NCBI RefSeq assembly: GCF_902652985.1
Contig: NC_047032.1
Location: 30,442,001-30,506,000 of the forward strand
DNA: 64,000 nt
Direction: 5' to 3'
DNA from: Pecten maximus
Taxonomy: Eukaryota
Positions within the stretch are counted from its first letter, which is position 1. Each line of letters opens with the position of its first letter. This document shows positions 1 to 12,409 of the stretch, piece after piece. The position numbers were made by a program, and so were the translations under genes. A model generated the notes under the pieces. That model saw only the letters and a program-made list of their open reading frames with translations, searched no databases and was not told the origin of the DNA.

Positions 1-36
1 TCCCCGGGGAAAAACACTCACGGACACACACGAGCT

Positions 37-412
37 CACCGCTGGGAATCGAGGCCGTGTCCTGGTCATCTCTGATCACCGCTGAGAACCAAGGCCTTGT
101 CCGGTTCATCTTTGATCACAGCTGAGAACCAAGGCCTTGTCCTGTTCATTTCTGATCACAGCTGAGAACCAAGGCATTGTTCTGTTCATTTCTGATCACC
201 GCTGGGAACCAAGGCCTTGTCCTGTTCATTTCTGATCACAGCTGAGAACCACGGCCTTGTCCTGTTCATTTCTGATCACCGCTGAGAACCAAGGTCTTGT
301 CCTGTTCATTTCTGATCAACGCTGGGAACCAAGGCCTTGTCCTGTTCATCTCTGATCACAGCTGAGAAGCAAGACATTACCCTGTTCATTTCTGATCACA
401 GCGGAGAACCAC
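37..412. repeat. 40-bp tandem repeat, about 9 copies
   Basis: Unit GCTGAGAACCAAGGCCTTGTCCTGTTCATTTCTGATCACA repeated head-to-tail with few substitutions. Confidence 0.95.
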
Positions 413-1184
413 GGGATCTGTCACACCACACACAATAGAAAGCAACGCTCGTATCATTTGTATTATATTGTACATTTTGTAGGTGTCTAGTTATCAGGAT
501 ATTCGGGAAACTATGTTGTTTTTGTAAGATAACTGGCTAGATCGTGTTAGTTGTGACAGATAACTTTTTTGCATGAATGAACGAGAATTGGCAGTGAATT
601 ACAATGACCAGTATCTCATAAATAAACCACATTTAAAGACTATTAGAACATTTCAGATTACGTAAAATCCAGTTAACTGTTGACAAAATGGATACAATTT
701 ATTGCTGTGATCAATAGCGATATAAAAACCACAAAACGATTCAAACAGAAAGATTTTTTTTAAACCCAACAAAAACATATAATGTTAAAAAGTAAATACA
801 CTAATGTATAAAAAAAACGTTGGTTGTTCAATATAAAATAAAATAAAAAAAAAACAATTATTTTAAACTTTGACAATACCGTGGTTATCATATCACTCAA
901 TCACACACACGGAGGACCATTAAATTGCGATGGGAATACACACATTTCTCATCGAATTTGAATTTAATCAGAAATATTGTCATTTATCAGTTTCTATCAT
1001 GTTATTTGTATCATATTTATCTTTCTCCAACATAATCAATTTACTGAACTTGACTCGTTCTCATATACCAAAAGCTTTCAAATGAATATGACCTCAATAT
1101 TTTATTTCTTACGAAAAAAAATCGTTATCGTGTTACCTCGCGAGAATAAACTGTGCCCTGATATCACAAGATAGAGATGAATGA

Positions 1185-1355
1185 ACACTGCCGTTTTTAG
1201 GATTTTTTTATCTTTGATCTGACGTATTTCAAACCTTCCCTAACAAGAATGTCACTGATGAAGTAGAAGTCACGTGATTCCTGGTCGATATTACAATACC
1301 AGACCATTGTTGTATGCTGACGTTCTATCTAAATAATGATATTCGACTTCTCAAA
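1185..1355 (-). pseudogene. Degenerate CUB-like exon remnant (paralog 1)
   Basis: Aligns by eye with 3395-3580 and 5280-5450. Minus-strand reading across frameshifts gives STRNHVT..FISDILVREG, resembling the CUB C-terminal motif ST.N..T..F.SD.....GF. Confidence 0.5.
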
Positions 1356-1592
1356 TGTTACCTTCGTGACAACGGACTTGTAACATCACATGTATAGTTG
1401 AGTACTTTAAAGTAAAACAAATGTTGTATTATATATTTTCGTTTTCATTTTCCTGCATATTCTGTGCCGAGTGCTGAAATTAAATCCTTTTTATACATGT
1501 ACTTGTATATTTTCTAAATTCCCTTAGGACAAATTCGAATTTTGATGTTATTAAACATTTTAAGTATGAAGTAGGTTGAATAATGCGAATGT

Positions 1593-1900
1593 TGGGGTCA
1601 CAATTGGTCAGTTGGTCAGAGCGTGTACCACGTGACCTCATATGAAGATCTGCGGTGCAGGGTTCGACGCCGTCTATCCGCGTCGGTTTGTGTTTCTTGG
1701 GAAGCTGAGAAACGGGCCAGTCTGTGCTGTCGTGGTTGTGTCCTTGGGGGAAGACACTTCATCCTTATTGCTGTGGATGACATGCGACAGACATCCTGTA
1801 TGTTGTTCAGTGAGGCAGCCATCATCTACTGCAAAGACATCCCGCCTCCAAATAACCCTGTTCACGGGGCGATAAAACCAGTTTGCACTAGCAGCTTTCT
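1593..1900 (+). mobile_element. tRNA-derived CORE-type SINE
   Basis: GC-rich island with A-box-like TGGTCAGTTGG, B-box GGTTCGACGCC and CORE-like TGTGTCCTTGGGGGAAGACACTT. 3' end approximate. Confidence 0.65.
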
Positions 1901-3394
1901 CGAACGTTTCTTCAGCTGGTGATGTTCACGGAACGGGAACAGAAAAATTCGATGCAATATGTCTCCGCTCCTTTAAACTTACTCTGAGAGAGTATGCTTC
2001 AAAAGTGTTTTCGTCTTACATAGTTCTAGTTAAATATATATCAAGATTCGATGGCCTTTCTGTTTGGTAATCAAATCAAATTTTCACTATTGTTATTTCA
2101 ATGACGAATGATCCAAACCAAATAAAAAAATTAACAATCGTGGATCTGATGTAGGGAAAATCTTATCATTTACAGTATACGTGTATGTTGTATTATCTAT
2201 TCATCGTCAGAAAAACAAATCAACAAAGTCAACAAGTTATTTATAGAATGTTTTTGTCTATATTACACACCAATCAAATCTTAATTATTTTGACTTTTAT
2301 TTTGCTTCAAATGATGAAAAAAATACACGTTGAGTATGTTTTATTGAAAGAAAATATGGATTTTTTATTGTAAAACCACTTTGATTTCAGCATTACAAAC
2401 ATTGTGCTCACACAGGAGGGCTTTCTCCTGTCATTCATATTTCTCCACATACATTCTACATTCACATTGATATTATAATTGTTATTATTACAAAATGCGT
2501 TTTATATTCCTTAACTATACGCATAAGGTATATTCTAAACTATTACACGACTAAAATGACTATTGCACGGTCACGTGCGAGCTATTGAACACCTGTGACG
2601 CTTCGGAATTTGGTCACGTAAGAACTATTAAACACCTATAATGTTGCGGAATTTAGTCCTTCCCTTTCAAGCACCTACGTCACTCAGATGTCAACACTGC
2701 CAGACGACTCTAGGCCTACAGGAAAGTCGACATTTCAGTGATTCTAAGTGCGTTTTAGTGATTATCTAATAAAACGATTAGCAGTACCTCGTGTCAAATA
2801 GTTTGGTCTATTGGACAGACACCCATGATATATTCATATTACGAAGGTATTCATTTCGGTGTTCTATATTCCCATCCGTTTTCTTTCATTCTTTCACACT
2901 CTTAGTTATACATAATACCTCTACAAAATGTGAATCATTGCACATGAATATATAGACAGATCATGCATCTTATTAATTATTTATCAATTAATTAGATAAT
3001 TAATTATATTACTAGATAAATATATCGAATGATTAAGCGTTAACAGTTTTCCAATTAATAGGTAGGAGTTGTCTGGATCTTGGCGTGAGTTATTACGTCA
3101 GGAGGAAAGGTAGAGAACTCATGATCAATGGTGAAACACATATGGGTAGTGCCAATAAATAAATCTTGTAAAAAAATGATATTGAACAATTTTAAAAGAA
3201 GATTATATCCTTTCTTTTATTTCAAAACAAGTGACACTTCATGTGAATTCAAACGTTACACGCAAAGCTACAGCATACAATGATTCTCTAAGACACCACA
3301 GGACATCTATGTCTCGTATACCGAAATATAGCTGTATGATGTGACATGTTTTGTAAAAATGACTGATGTCCTAATACAAAGAGATGAAGATAAA

Positions 3395-3678
3395 AGAACA
3401 CGGCGTTTTTAGACATGTTTTATCTTTGATCTGACGTTTTAAAACCTTCCCTGACAAGCATGTTACTGATAAAGTCGGATACGAAAGTAAAGGTCACGCC
3501 ATTCTGAGTCGATGTAGAGAACTGTCCTATCCAATGATGTATGTGGACGTTATATCTCAATAAAGGGCAACTCTCTCATACATCTAGCTCTTGTTTGGGT
3601 TCAGTATGATTTTCACTGGCTTACTTTCCGGATTTCTAGACAATCGCTTCACTGGTGGGTACAGGAAGGACAACAAAG
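3395..3678 (-). pseudogene. Degenerate CUB-like exon (paralog 2)
   Basis: Minus-strand acceptor ttctgttgtttacAG at 3679-3680. Fragments NPESKPVKIIL, MYERVALY*DITSTYIIG and STQNGVTFTFVSDFISNMLVREGFKT, interrupted by stops and frameshifts. Confidence 0.55.
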
Positions 3679-5279
3679 CTGTAAACAACAGAATATCAAT
3701 ATACATATCTGATATAAAGGAAATGTATTGTTTCCATATTGAGAAAGAAATGGAAAATAATTCAACGAAAATAGTTTTAAAAAATGTCAAAAATATCAAT
3801 AAACTTAATAAAGGTTACACAACAAGTGGTATTTATTTCACTCGTCTTTGATAAAAAATATATATATAAAAAAAAAAAAAAAAGCAAAAAACAGAAAACA
3901 AAAAAACGAGTGTTTTGTGGTACATATGTACTTTGAAAACATGTAACACGAGTGAAAAAAACAACATATAAACAATCAAGAGTTTGCGTGATCTGTTTCT
4001 ACCACAATAGAAACGCTATTCTGAAAACGAGTTGACGCTAAGTAATATGCAAAATGACAATTTCGGAAACGTATTGATATATAACAATGCATTACACATC
4101 ATAACAAATAATAAGCAGGTTTATTCTTTTTAAAACATTAAATTGATAGAAACATATACATGTATTAAAGATATGACAAAAAACAACTGCGAACTACTTC
4201 TTGAGCGTTATCATTTCCGATATCCTATGAAGCGGCTTACAAGAGGTTGCAAATCAAAATGCATTAAATCTGGTGATTATAGAAACAGTCCCGGTTAAAG
4301 ATCACTATGTAAACCAATCAAAGCGCATCTACAGTTTATTCAATATGTGGTATAAAATGAACGTTGCTTAACAGTTGAAATTATCTTTCATGGCTTGGGA
4401 GTTGAACAACACCCACCCATTGTGGTAGAAATCTGATTTATTATATCTATTTGCTTGTGTCAACGATTTTATAAAAAAAAAATAAAAAAATACGCAGGAA
4501 GATCACACATATAGTGTACGCTTTATTTATTAAACAGCAATTGCGAAATAAGTTATATTAATTATATCAATCTCATTTGTTGGCTCAGAAGAAAGCACGC
4601 AAGGGTCTTGCTGTGGGAGAATAGGATAAAGTCAGAGAAGTGTTAGCACGCACCTGTGCCACACGACCACCTATAGGGAACTACATTTACGTGCCAATAG
4701 TGTCACACATTGATGAAGAGTATAGACGTCCACGGGGGAAGGCAGTGAATTCGTAAACGTCATAAAGAAATAGGTCAATATATACGGAGCTGTAGTGGAA
4801 TAATGATTTAATAAAATCTGTAAAAATGGATATAGAAATAAATAGATAAATAAAATACTACTGTTTTTAACTGGTGACAATAAAACATAAATGTGGGCTT
4901 TTGTATGCAGTATAACGGCATAATACCAGGATTATGAAGCATTCAACAATGCTTCTAAAGTGCCACCGGTCAACTACGTGTTATCAGTGACGAAATATTG
5001 AGTGGGGACTAGATATATAATTAACATCATTAATAACATTGGTGAGATACATTAACCAAATGTGTTTTCCGCAGGATTGTCTGTCAAGTATTCGTACGAA
5101 TAACAAGACGGCCATTGTTTATGTACCAATATCCAAAATTATACAACGGAAGACAATCGGATTGGAAATTTATTCAGAGTAAACTTTCAAGGGTACCAAC
5201 CTGTATCGATAAAATAGGAACTGTTTTACAAAGAATCAATTACCGCGATACTTAACTAGAATACTCGATGTCCTGATAT

Positions 5280-5773
5280 CAATTTCTTTTAGAGATTTTA
5301 TATCTTTGAGTTGATGTTTGAAAACCTTTCATGACAAGCATGTCACTGATGAAGCAGGATACGAAACTGAAGATCATGCCATTCCTAGTCGAAATATGAA
5401 CTGTACCAGCCCTACTATTGATGTACGTGACTCTTCGTCTAAATTTCAATTATTACTACATTCAGCCATTCACTTTGATTTTCTGTGATTTCCTCTCCGG
5501 ATTTAGAGGCAATGACTCCCTGATATCACTGATGAGTGCACGATTTGTTTTGTTTATTTTGTTTAGCGTCCCATTAACAGCATGGGTCATTTAAGGACGT
5601 GCCAGGTTTGGAGGTGGAGGAAAGCCGGAGTACCCGGAGAAAAACCACCGGCCTACGGTCAGTACCTTGCAACTGCCCCACGTAGGTTTCGAACTCGCAA
5701 CCCAGAGGTGGAGGGCTAGTGATAAAGTGTCGGGACACCTTAACCACTCGGCCACCGCACGAAAGACATAATA
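5280..5773 (-). pseudogene. Degenerate CUB-like exon (paralog 3), split by a SINE
   Basis: Acceptor attgtttacAG at 5774-5775. After removing the SINE it reads LCLSCTHQ*YQGVIASKSGEEIT ... ISTRNGMIFSFVSCFISDMLVMKGFQT; homologous to 3395-3678. Confidence 0.55.
5544..5756 (-). mobile_element. tRNA-derived V-type SINE (family A)
   Basis: Reverse complement of the copy at 43492-43721. A box TGGCCGAGTGG, B box GTTCGAAAC, central TCTCCGGGTACTCCGGCTTTCCTCC, AAAC-rich tail. GCACGA duplicated at 5538-5543 and 5757-5762. Confidence 0.92.
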
Positions 5774-6214
5774 CTGTAAACAATATATATAAATAGTATT
5801 GTATTGTTTCCGTGATGTAAACAAAGCCAACAATACCGAAGACAATAGTGTATCACACAGTGTTGGTGTGGGTGTTTTCCATCTTTGTACCAGACAATGT
5901 TCCAAGGTGAACACAGTCTATTTACATAAAACCACGTACACTTGCAAAACATATCCCTATTCCCATACATATATTTGATAATTCCATAAAGTATGTAATG
6001 TTTAACAAAGCTATAGCTTATAGCTTTCTGTTACTTATCAAATTATAAATATACTTTAATACATTAAAAAGAAATAGATATAATTATGTTCTAGTGCTGG
6101 GTTGAGTAGCTGTCTAACCAAGTCTTTATCTAAACTGCTTATTACTGTTTAAGTGCTATTAAGTCTGAACTGTAGTGTAATTAGGATAATATTAACAACG
6201 GAAATGAATTTAAT

Positions 6215-7340
6215 ATAATGTGGATTTTGAAAGACTCAAAAGATCGTTTGATTAATCATTTACATCTGGTCCCCATCAACATGTCTGATGAATCTACTCT
6301 TAATGCTACCATTCCCAATTCCAAACTTCAGGATTGCCTTCGTTATCTTGAAACGAGAGCTTTCTTTTCCAACAAAGTTCATAGACAATACGCCGAAAAC
6401 GAGATGGAATTGTTAAAATGATTGAGTGTCTTTTCGGTAAGATCTTCGTTGAGTTTGATGACCAGGGCCCAACTGTTTAAAAGGTGATTAGGCTAATCAC
6501 ACTTTAACAACAATTTCAAAAATCTCGATGAAACAATTTCTGGTATAACTATATTGACGAACTTTTAGTAAACAACAACTCTCGTCAATCTCTTCCCATC
6601 TATCCACTTCAAGGAATACACACAATCAGGTTTTGCAGTAAAGGAAAAAATAGATTTTTACTAATCAAGTGAAAACCTGGGCCAAGATCTTCCGACAGAC
6701 TATTGATATACCCATTGGGAAAAACTGCCCTACTGATGGCCGATTCGTTTTTTTTCAATTACAGATGATTTTATTTAATGTAAGAACTTAACGAATGGGT
6801 AAGACACCTTGTTGAGACCTTCAGTTTCTCCTTTAAGTAACAAAGATCGTTTGAATATGTCAATCTGATACATACATCGTATATACATCTACCATGCATA
6901 ACTTCCAATCATGGACACTGTAAATACATCAGCCGCTAACCTCGACCTTTACTTAAAACATGACCAACCGGTACAGCTTACAACTAAGGTATATGATAAG
7001 CATGATTATTTCAGTTTCCAAATTGTAAATTTTCCATTTCTAGATAGCAACATCCCTGCATCCCTTACGGTGTTAACATGTCCCGTTAAAACGATTTCCG
7101 TGACAGATGTCTACTACTGACGAAGAAATCAACAACACAAGACTTGGACCGATAGTTCCCTTATGCGATATAAGTTCGGACGTGTTGTATAACTAATCCT
7201 ACATGTATGTTGAGCGGTTCCGTTGTAAGCATTCTAGCCTCTCTCATTTGAGATTGAAACATCATCCGGATTTGACCTAGATTTGCATGTTAGTCGCAGT
7301 TTACGAAATAAAAGACGCTTACACCTCCGGGACTCATTTC
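6215..7340 (+). mobile_element. Degenerate Penelope-like retroelement (reverse transcriptase and thumb remnant)
   Basis: Fragments STLNATIPNSKLQDCL, VEFDD/KIFRQTIDIPLG and SAANLDLYLKHD..LTTKVYDKHDYFSFQIVNFPFLDSNIPAS match the PLE RT pattern STLYTTIPH..L / FQQ..GIPMG / YLDL..YDKRDDF.F.IVNFPFL.SNIP. Many stops and indels. Confidence 0.85.
6466..6683. mobile_element. PIF/Harbinger-type MITE nested in the Penelope-like RT
   Basis: Termini GGCCCA...TGGGCC with 3-bp flanks CAG/AAG. Removing it plus one flank restores in-frame GAGTTTGATGAC-AAG-ATCTTCCGACAG (EFDDKIFRQ). Confidence 0.7.
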
Positions 7341-8129
7341 TTATTATTGTTGTACATTCTTAGTTAAATTCAATCACCCTGATCATGTAGTATCTGTGAT
7401 TTCTGTAGGAAATATCCGATCGACATGGTCAGTAAAGTTGTTGGCACTTTAAAGATATCACAACTCGTATAAAAGTATGTGAGAAATATAATGACATTGT
7501 GTCTGTTGCCGTACATGACCTGAACGGCGAGGAAATCCAGGTAGGAAGTGAGAAATATAATAATCAACTTTAAAAATATATATACAGGTGATGCATAATC
7601 TCCGAGTGTTTTCCGAGAATCTTGCCTGTTACTTTTGGAATGGTACAAAAATTGACGTGCACATATACAGGATTACATCCTTTATCTATCTTTAACACTG
7701 TCTTAACTTTCCTTATTGGTTTGCACTTTCGGTTCATATGAAATAGCAGCAGAAACAACTGCACTCATTATCCGCTATATTCTAATTCTGATACATCAAA
7801 TAATACTCATTACGCAATGGTGTCCTTAACAGTTTTTACTTTTCCATCAGGTCATTGAATTCCGCCTTATTTGATGGCTATATGTATTTCAGACGAATAC
7901 CTCTCCAGGCATACCGATGCAGCTGTAAAATACCATATTCAGCGTCTCAGAGACACGATAAAAAGCAGTAGGGATAGTCTAGTAATGGTGTACCCTCAGG
8001 CTAAGTGTCAACATCAATGAATATAGGATCGTTTAGAACTGTCATTGCATAATGATATTGAGCATCATCGGTATATTGCATGCTAAAAACATTTATTTTT
8101 ACAAACAAGAATTTAAGTGGTTTAGTGCT

Positions 8130-8410
8130 ATCAAAGTCTTTGACTCCTTTCGAGCCTTGTCAGTATCACCTCGATGCCCACCCAGCTGAATTGGGAATAC
8201 AAACACCAATCTATTTAGACAAGTAACACACATTCAGAAGCCTCAGAACGTATGTGAAGACATGCGTCTTGTTGACAGGATAACTCTGCTCCCAAGGGGA
8301 CCTGTCTCAGTGACGGAGTCGTATCGCTTTATCTGTTTCGACAAATCAGCACCACTTTTCTGTCGCCGCGTGATATAACTAGATTTATATCTAGTCCCTG
8401 CAGTGACGTT
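8130..8410 (-). pseudogene. Possible CUB-like exon remnant
   Basis: Minus frame YKSSYIT...VTETGPLGSRVILS resembles CUB 'I.AP.G.R(I/V).L' and the WTLVGPSGSR segment near 12.2 kb. Confidence 0.3.
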
Positions 8411-8940
8411 TATTCCAACATTGTTTCATACTGACATTGTTTAAAAATCCCCTGCTTCTATTATATCACTAAAATATATTACCTCCCATTGACACCAATG
8501 GATAACAACATTTTATGCTCAATTGAATTGTGTTCTCCTGCATGGACTATTGATAATTTCAATGCTCATGTTTCAATAAAACTGTACGATTTTAATTGGT
8601 CATGATTGAATCCCTTGGTCCACGCAGCCCTTCAGCTGATCCTTAGGGACGCTACAATTTCTGATATATATATTACCATTTATGGTAGTATTTGTCCTTT
8701 TTATTCTAATGTCACTTTGAAGCATTCTGTTTTATTATGCAATGTCACGTTTAACTTTTAAGATTCTCATTTGTATGGAATGGAGTTTCGTTATTTTTAC
8801 TGATTTTGTTTTCATTGTGAAGGCCTGACAAAATTGGATTTGGTGTGAATTTACGTGACAGGTTTCGTTGATGAAACAGAAGATTATCTTGATATGTTGA
8901 TATTCTCTTACTTTTAATGTCAATGCAATCGTTTTTGTCA

Positions 8941-10278
8941 CGAGGTATCACGTGATCTAGTGACAGCTCGACCCACACATCCACATTAGGACAAGTGACG
9001 GAATGCTTAGGACGTCTGACGGAATGTCACGGGAGCTAGTAACAGCTCGACCCAAATGACGGCATGGTGACGAGTGACGGAATATCACGTGATCTAGTGA
9101 CAGCTCGACCCACACATCCACATTAGGACAAGTGACGGAATGCTTAGGACGTCTGACGGAATATCACGGGAGCTAGTAACAGCTCGACCCAAATGACGGC
9201 ATGATGACGAGTGACGGAATATCACGATGGCTAGTAACAGCTAGACTCACACGACGGCATGGTGACGAGTGACGGGATATCACGATGGCTAGTAACAGCT
9301 AGACTCACACGACGGCATGATGGCGAGTGACGGGATATCACGATGGCTAGTAACAGCTCGACTCACACGACGGCATGATGACGAGTGACGGAATATCACG
9401 GGGGCTAGTAACAGCTCGACCCACACGTCTTAGGACGTCTGACGGAATATCACGGGAGCTAGTAACAGCTCGACCCAAATGACGGCGTGGTGACGAGTGA
9501 CGGGATATCACGGGAGCCAGTAACAGCTAGACTCACACGACGGCATGGTGACGAGTGACGGGATATCACGGGAGCTAGTAACAGCTCGACCCAAACGACG
9601 GCATGGTGACGAGTGACGGAATATCACGGGAGCCAGTAACAGCTAGACTCACACGACGGCATGATGACGAGTGACGGAATATCACGGGAGCCAGTAACAG
9701 CTCGACCCAAACGACGGCATGATGACGAGTGACGGGATATCACGGGAGCTAGTAACAGCTCGACCCAAACGACGGCATGGTGACGAGTGACGGGATATCA
9801 CGGGAGCTAGTAACAGCTAAACTCACACGACGGCATGGTGACGAGTGACGGAATATCACGATGGCTAGTGACAGCTAGACTCACACGACGGCATGATGAC
9901 GAGTGACGGAATGTCACGATGGCTAGTTACAGCTAGACTCACACGACGGCATGTTGACGAGTGACGGGATATCGCGGGAGCTAGTAACAGCTTGACTCAC
10001 ACGACGGCATGATGACGAGTGACGGAATGTCACGATGGCTAGTTACAGCTAGACTCACACGGCGGCATGATGACGAGTGACGGGATATCACGGCAGCTAG
10101 TAACAGCTAGACTCACACGACGGCATGATGACGAGTGACGGCATGTCACGATGGCTAGTAACAGCTCGACCCAAACGACGGCATGATGACGAGTGATGGG
10201 ATGTCACGATGGCTAGTGACAACTAGACTCACATGTCCACTTGAGGACGAGTGACAGGATGTTTCGGGAGCCAGTGAC
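8941..10278. repeat. 58-bp CpG-rich satellite, about 23 copies
   Basis: Unit GACGAGTGACGG(A/G)ATATCACGGGAGCTAGTAACAGCTCGACCCAAACGACGGCATG(G/A)T, with variant units at both edges. Confidence 0.95.
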
Positions 10279-10423
10279 ATAATTACGTTCACACAATCAC
10301 GAACAGTTGAATTTGCGTTTCTATCGCCGTTTTATCGAATGATGGATATTCCATTTAAACAAAAAGTACCAGGTGAACTGATTATAAGCGAGATGTACTT
10401 AAAATGTACTTTATTCAATCTTA

Positions 10424-10672
10424 TCAGTCAATCACCGAGCTTTTTTCACCAACATACAGCACCGGGTATAATACAGGATGGTCTTTATTTCCGCTTCCGG
10501 CAAAGCCATCGAGATTCTGATAATTATATACGAATACAATAACACAGCCAGACGGTATTATTTTCATCACAAACATCTCTATTGTAACATTGAATGGCGG
10601 TGTGTTAGCACTTAGCCAGGTCTTATTTACATAGCACAGTCCGGCGTTCCTCTCGTCAACAATGGAAAACAT
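10424..10672 (-). pseudogene. Possible CUB-like coding remnant
   Basis: 82-aa ORF containing LCYVNKTWLSANTPPFNVTIEMFVMKIIPSGCVIVFVYNY, loosely fitting the CUB C-W...P..V.I.F....C...V.VY spacing. Same strand as the other remnants. Confidence 0.3.
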
Positions 10673-12010
10673 AGGTCGAACGTGTATTTATTGAAGTAGC
10701 TTCGCTTGTCAGTGTCTAATCTCTAGGGCGTGTTGTTAAAGATCGCACTAGTTAGTAGCATATATTGCCTTTGTTGGTTAAATTCTAATGAGATCGTCTA
10801 AACTGTCGTTCTCATGTAATTAGTTCTAAATTAAATATCTTCTGCATGGTTTAGTACCGTGTACATTTTCTCTCTTGCGTCTCAATCCGTTTGTTGGGAT
10901 TATGGGATTCAAGAACTAGGGGTGTATGCTTCTGCAATGATTAAGTTAGCAATATTGGTAAAGTCATGACTAAGTCGACATTTAAAAGCAAAGTATTTTT
11001 TTCGAGGAAGAACTATTAACATAACCTTTGAAAAGATTAGACTCTAAGACTTAACAGTGACGATACCATCCTTATCAAATGTAGCGTTAATATATTTATG
11101 CTTCCTTAAACACAAGAACCAAAATCTTTTTACATGTTTCGCAGTAAATGTACAGAAAAAAATATAAGCTTTTGACCAATCAGACCACAGTATAAATATC
11201 AAGAAGATCAAACCCGAAGTAACTGTCACCTCTCGATTTGGATCCTGCTCCGTCTACATTTAGAACGCAGTACAAACGAATAAGACTATTTTCTGACATT
11301 GACAGTGATTGAATACAGCACACATAATACAATTATCTTGTTATTTTCAATAAACAAAGTTTGTTGGTATTTATCTGTAGTGTCTATCATCTAAACAGCT
11401 TCAGTACATGTAGGTAATTCTACGGTTCATATCCATAGACATGTCCCACGCCTAGCGATGTTTGTCAGTTGTGTTGACGATGATATAATTACACCTTTCA
11501 ATAATCATTTAGTGGAAGAAAAGAATTTTATTGATCCAAATATTGTTGCATTTAATAGTTGCTGTGTACTCGTATTGTATGCATTTGCTTATGTTAATCT
11601 ATATATTTTTTTTGTCCAAGATTTAGAAGTACAAAATTCAGCGGAATAATAATACATCTGAGTAGTAAACTTAGCGAAAGCTAATAGACAAGAAGCGGCA
11701 GATTTGAACTAGCATCTGTAAAGATGAGGAAGATAACAGTTATATTTCAATATTAACAGTTTCCCTTCACTCTACATCATGAAACTACTAACTCTGATTA
11801 CTTAGTTTCTCGGCAAATATTTTAAGTCATAAGCTGTTTTGACCGACTTATCTCTTTTTGTTGGCTCGTGAATACATTCTAACATTATTCATATTGACAA
11901 TCTAGTTTAGACCGCCTGAAATGTGAATGTACTTTTATTTTGTAAATTATCTTTAATTTCATATAATGCCATACTATTACGAGTATTCTGATATAAGGTG
12001 ATCCTTTTAC

Positions 12011-12409
12011 CGCCATGATCACATGACGTGCGCTGTGGGTATCTCCATGACAGCCGTATTGCCATAGTCACATGACCTGTGATGGTGCGAAGATGCTACA
12101 TCCCATAACACGTTCCCGAACAGGCGACAACACGAGAGTCAGACATATCTACGATATCCATCACGCCAATCTATGATACCGAGAGCCGGAAGGACCGACA
12201 AGAGTCCATATAACGTCTAAATATTTCTGACAGCTATAAATGAAAACGGTTCAATAGGTAGGTGTTACATACTATAAATAATCGTTATAGCGATATCCAT
12301 ACGGTAATTACTCTGGTAGCACGTACCGCCGTAACATTATATCCAGATACATCTTTAGCATCTCTCGGGGTTTCGTATTTCGCTGCCGAACACTTTGTTT
12401 TCAATTTAA
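12011..12409 (-). pseudogene. Two CUB-like pseudo-exons (12303-12409, 12011-12233) joined by a 69-bp GT-AG intron
   Basis: Spliced and read across small indels: KCSAAKYETPRDAKDVSGY..YQSNY|PVRN-LDVIWTLVGPSGSR-IID, matching CUB C....G.I.SP.YP.NYP.NL.C.W.I.AP.G.RI. Donor GTATGG, acceptor ttttcatttatAG. Confidence 0.55.

Noticed and set aside
3649-3651. TGA shared by two paralogs (SCTHQ*) as selenocysteine
   Set aside because: Surrounded by many other stops and frameshifts and no SECIS recognised. Decay before duplication, or a different true frame, is simpler.
5345-5370. CTGATGA...GAAAC, and CTGATGAGTGCACGAAA across the SINE site, as plus-strand hammerheads
   Set aside because: No adequate stem II, not conserved in the paralogous copies, and explained as the antisense of the CUB-like codons.
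11044-11229. ORF with signal-peptide-like N-terminus
   Set aside because: Starts at GTG, is short and AT-rich; hydrophobic runs are expected by chance.
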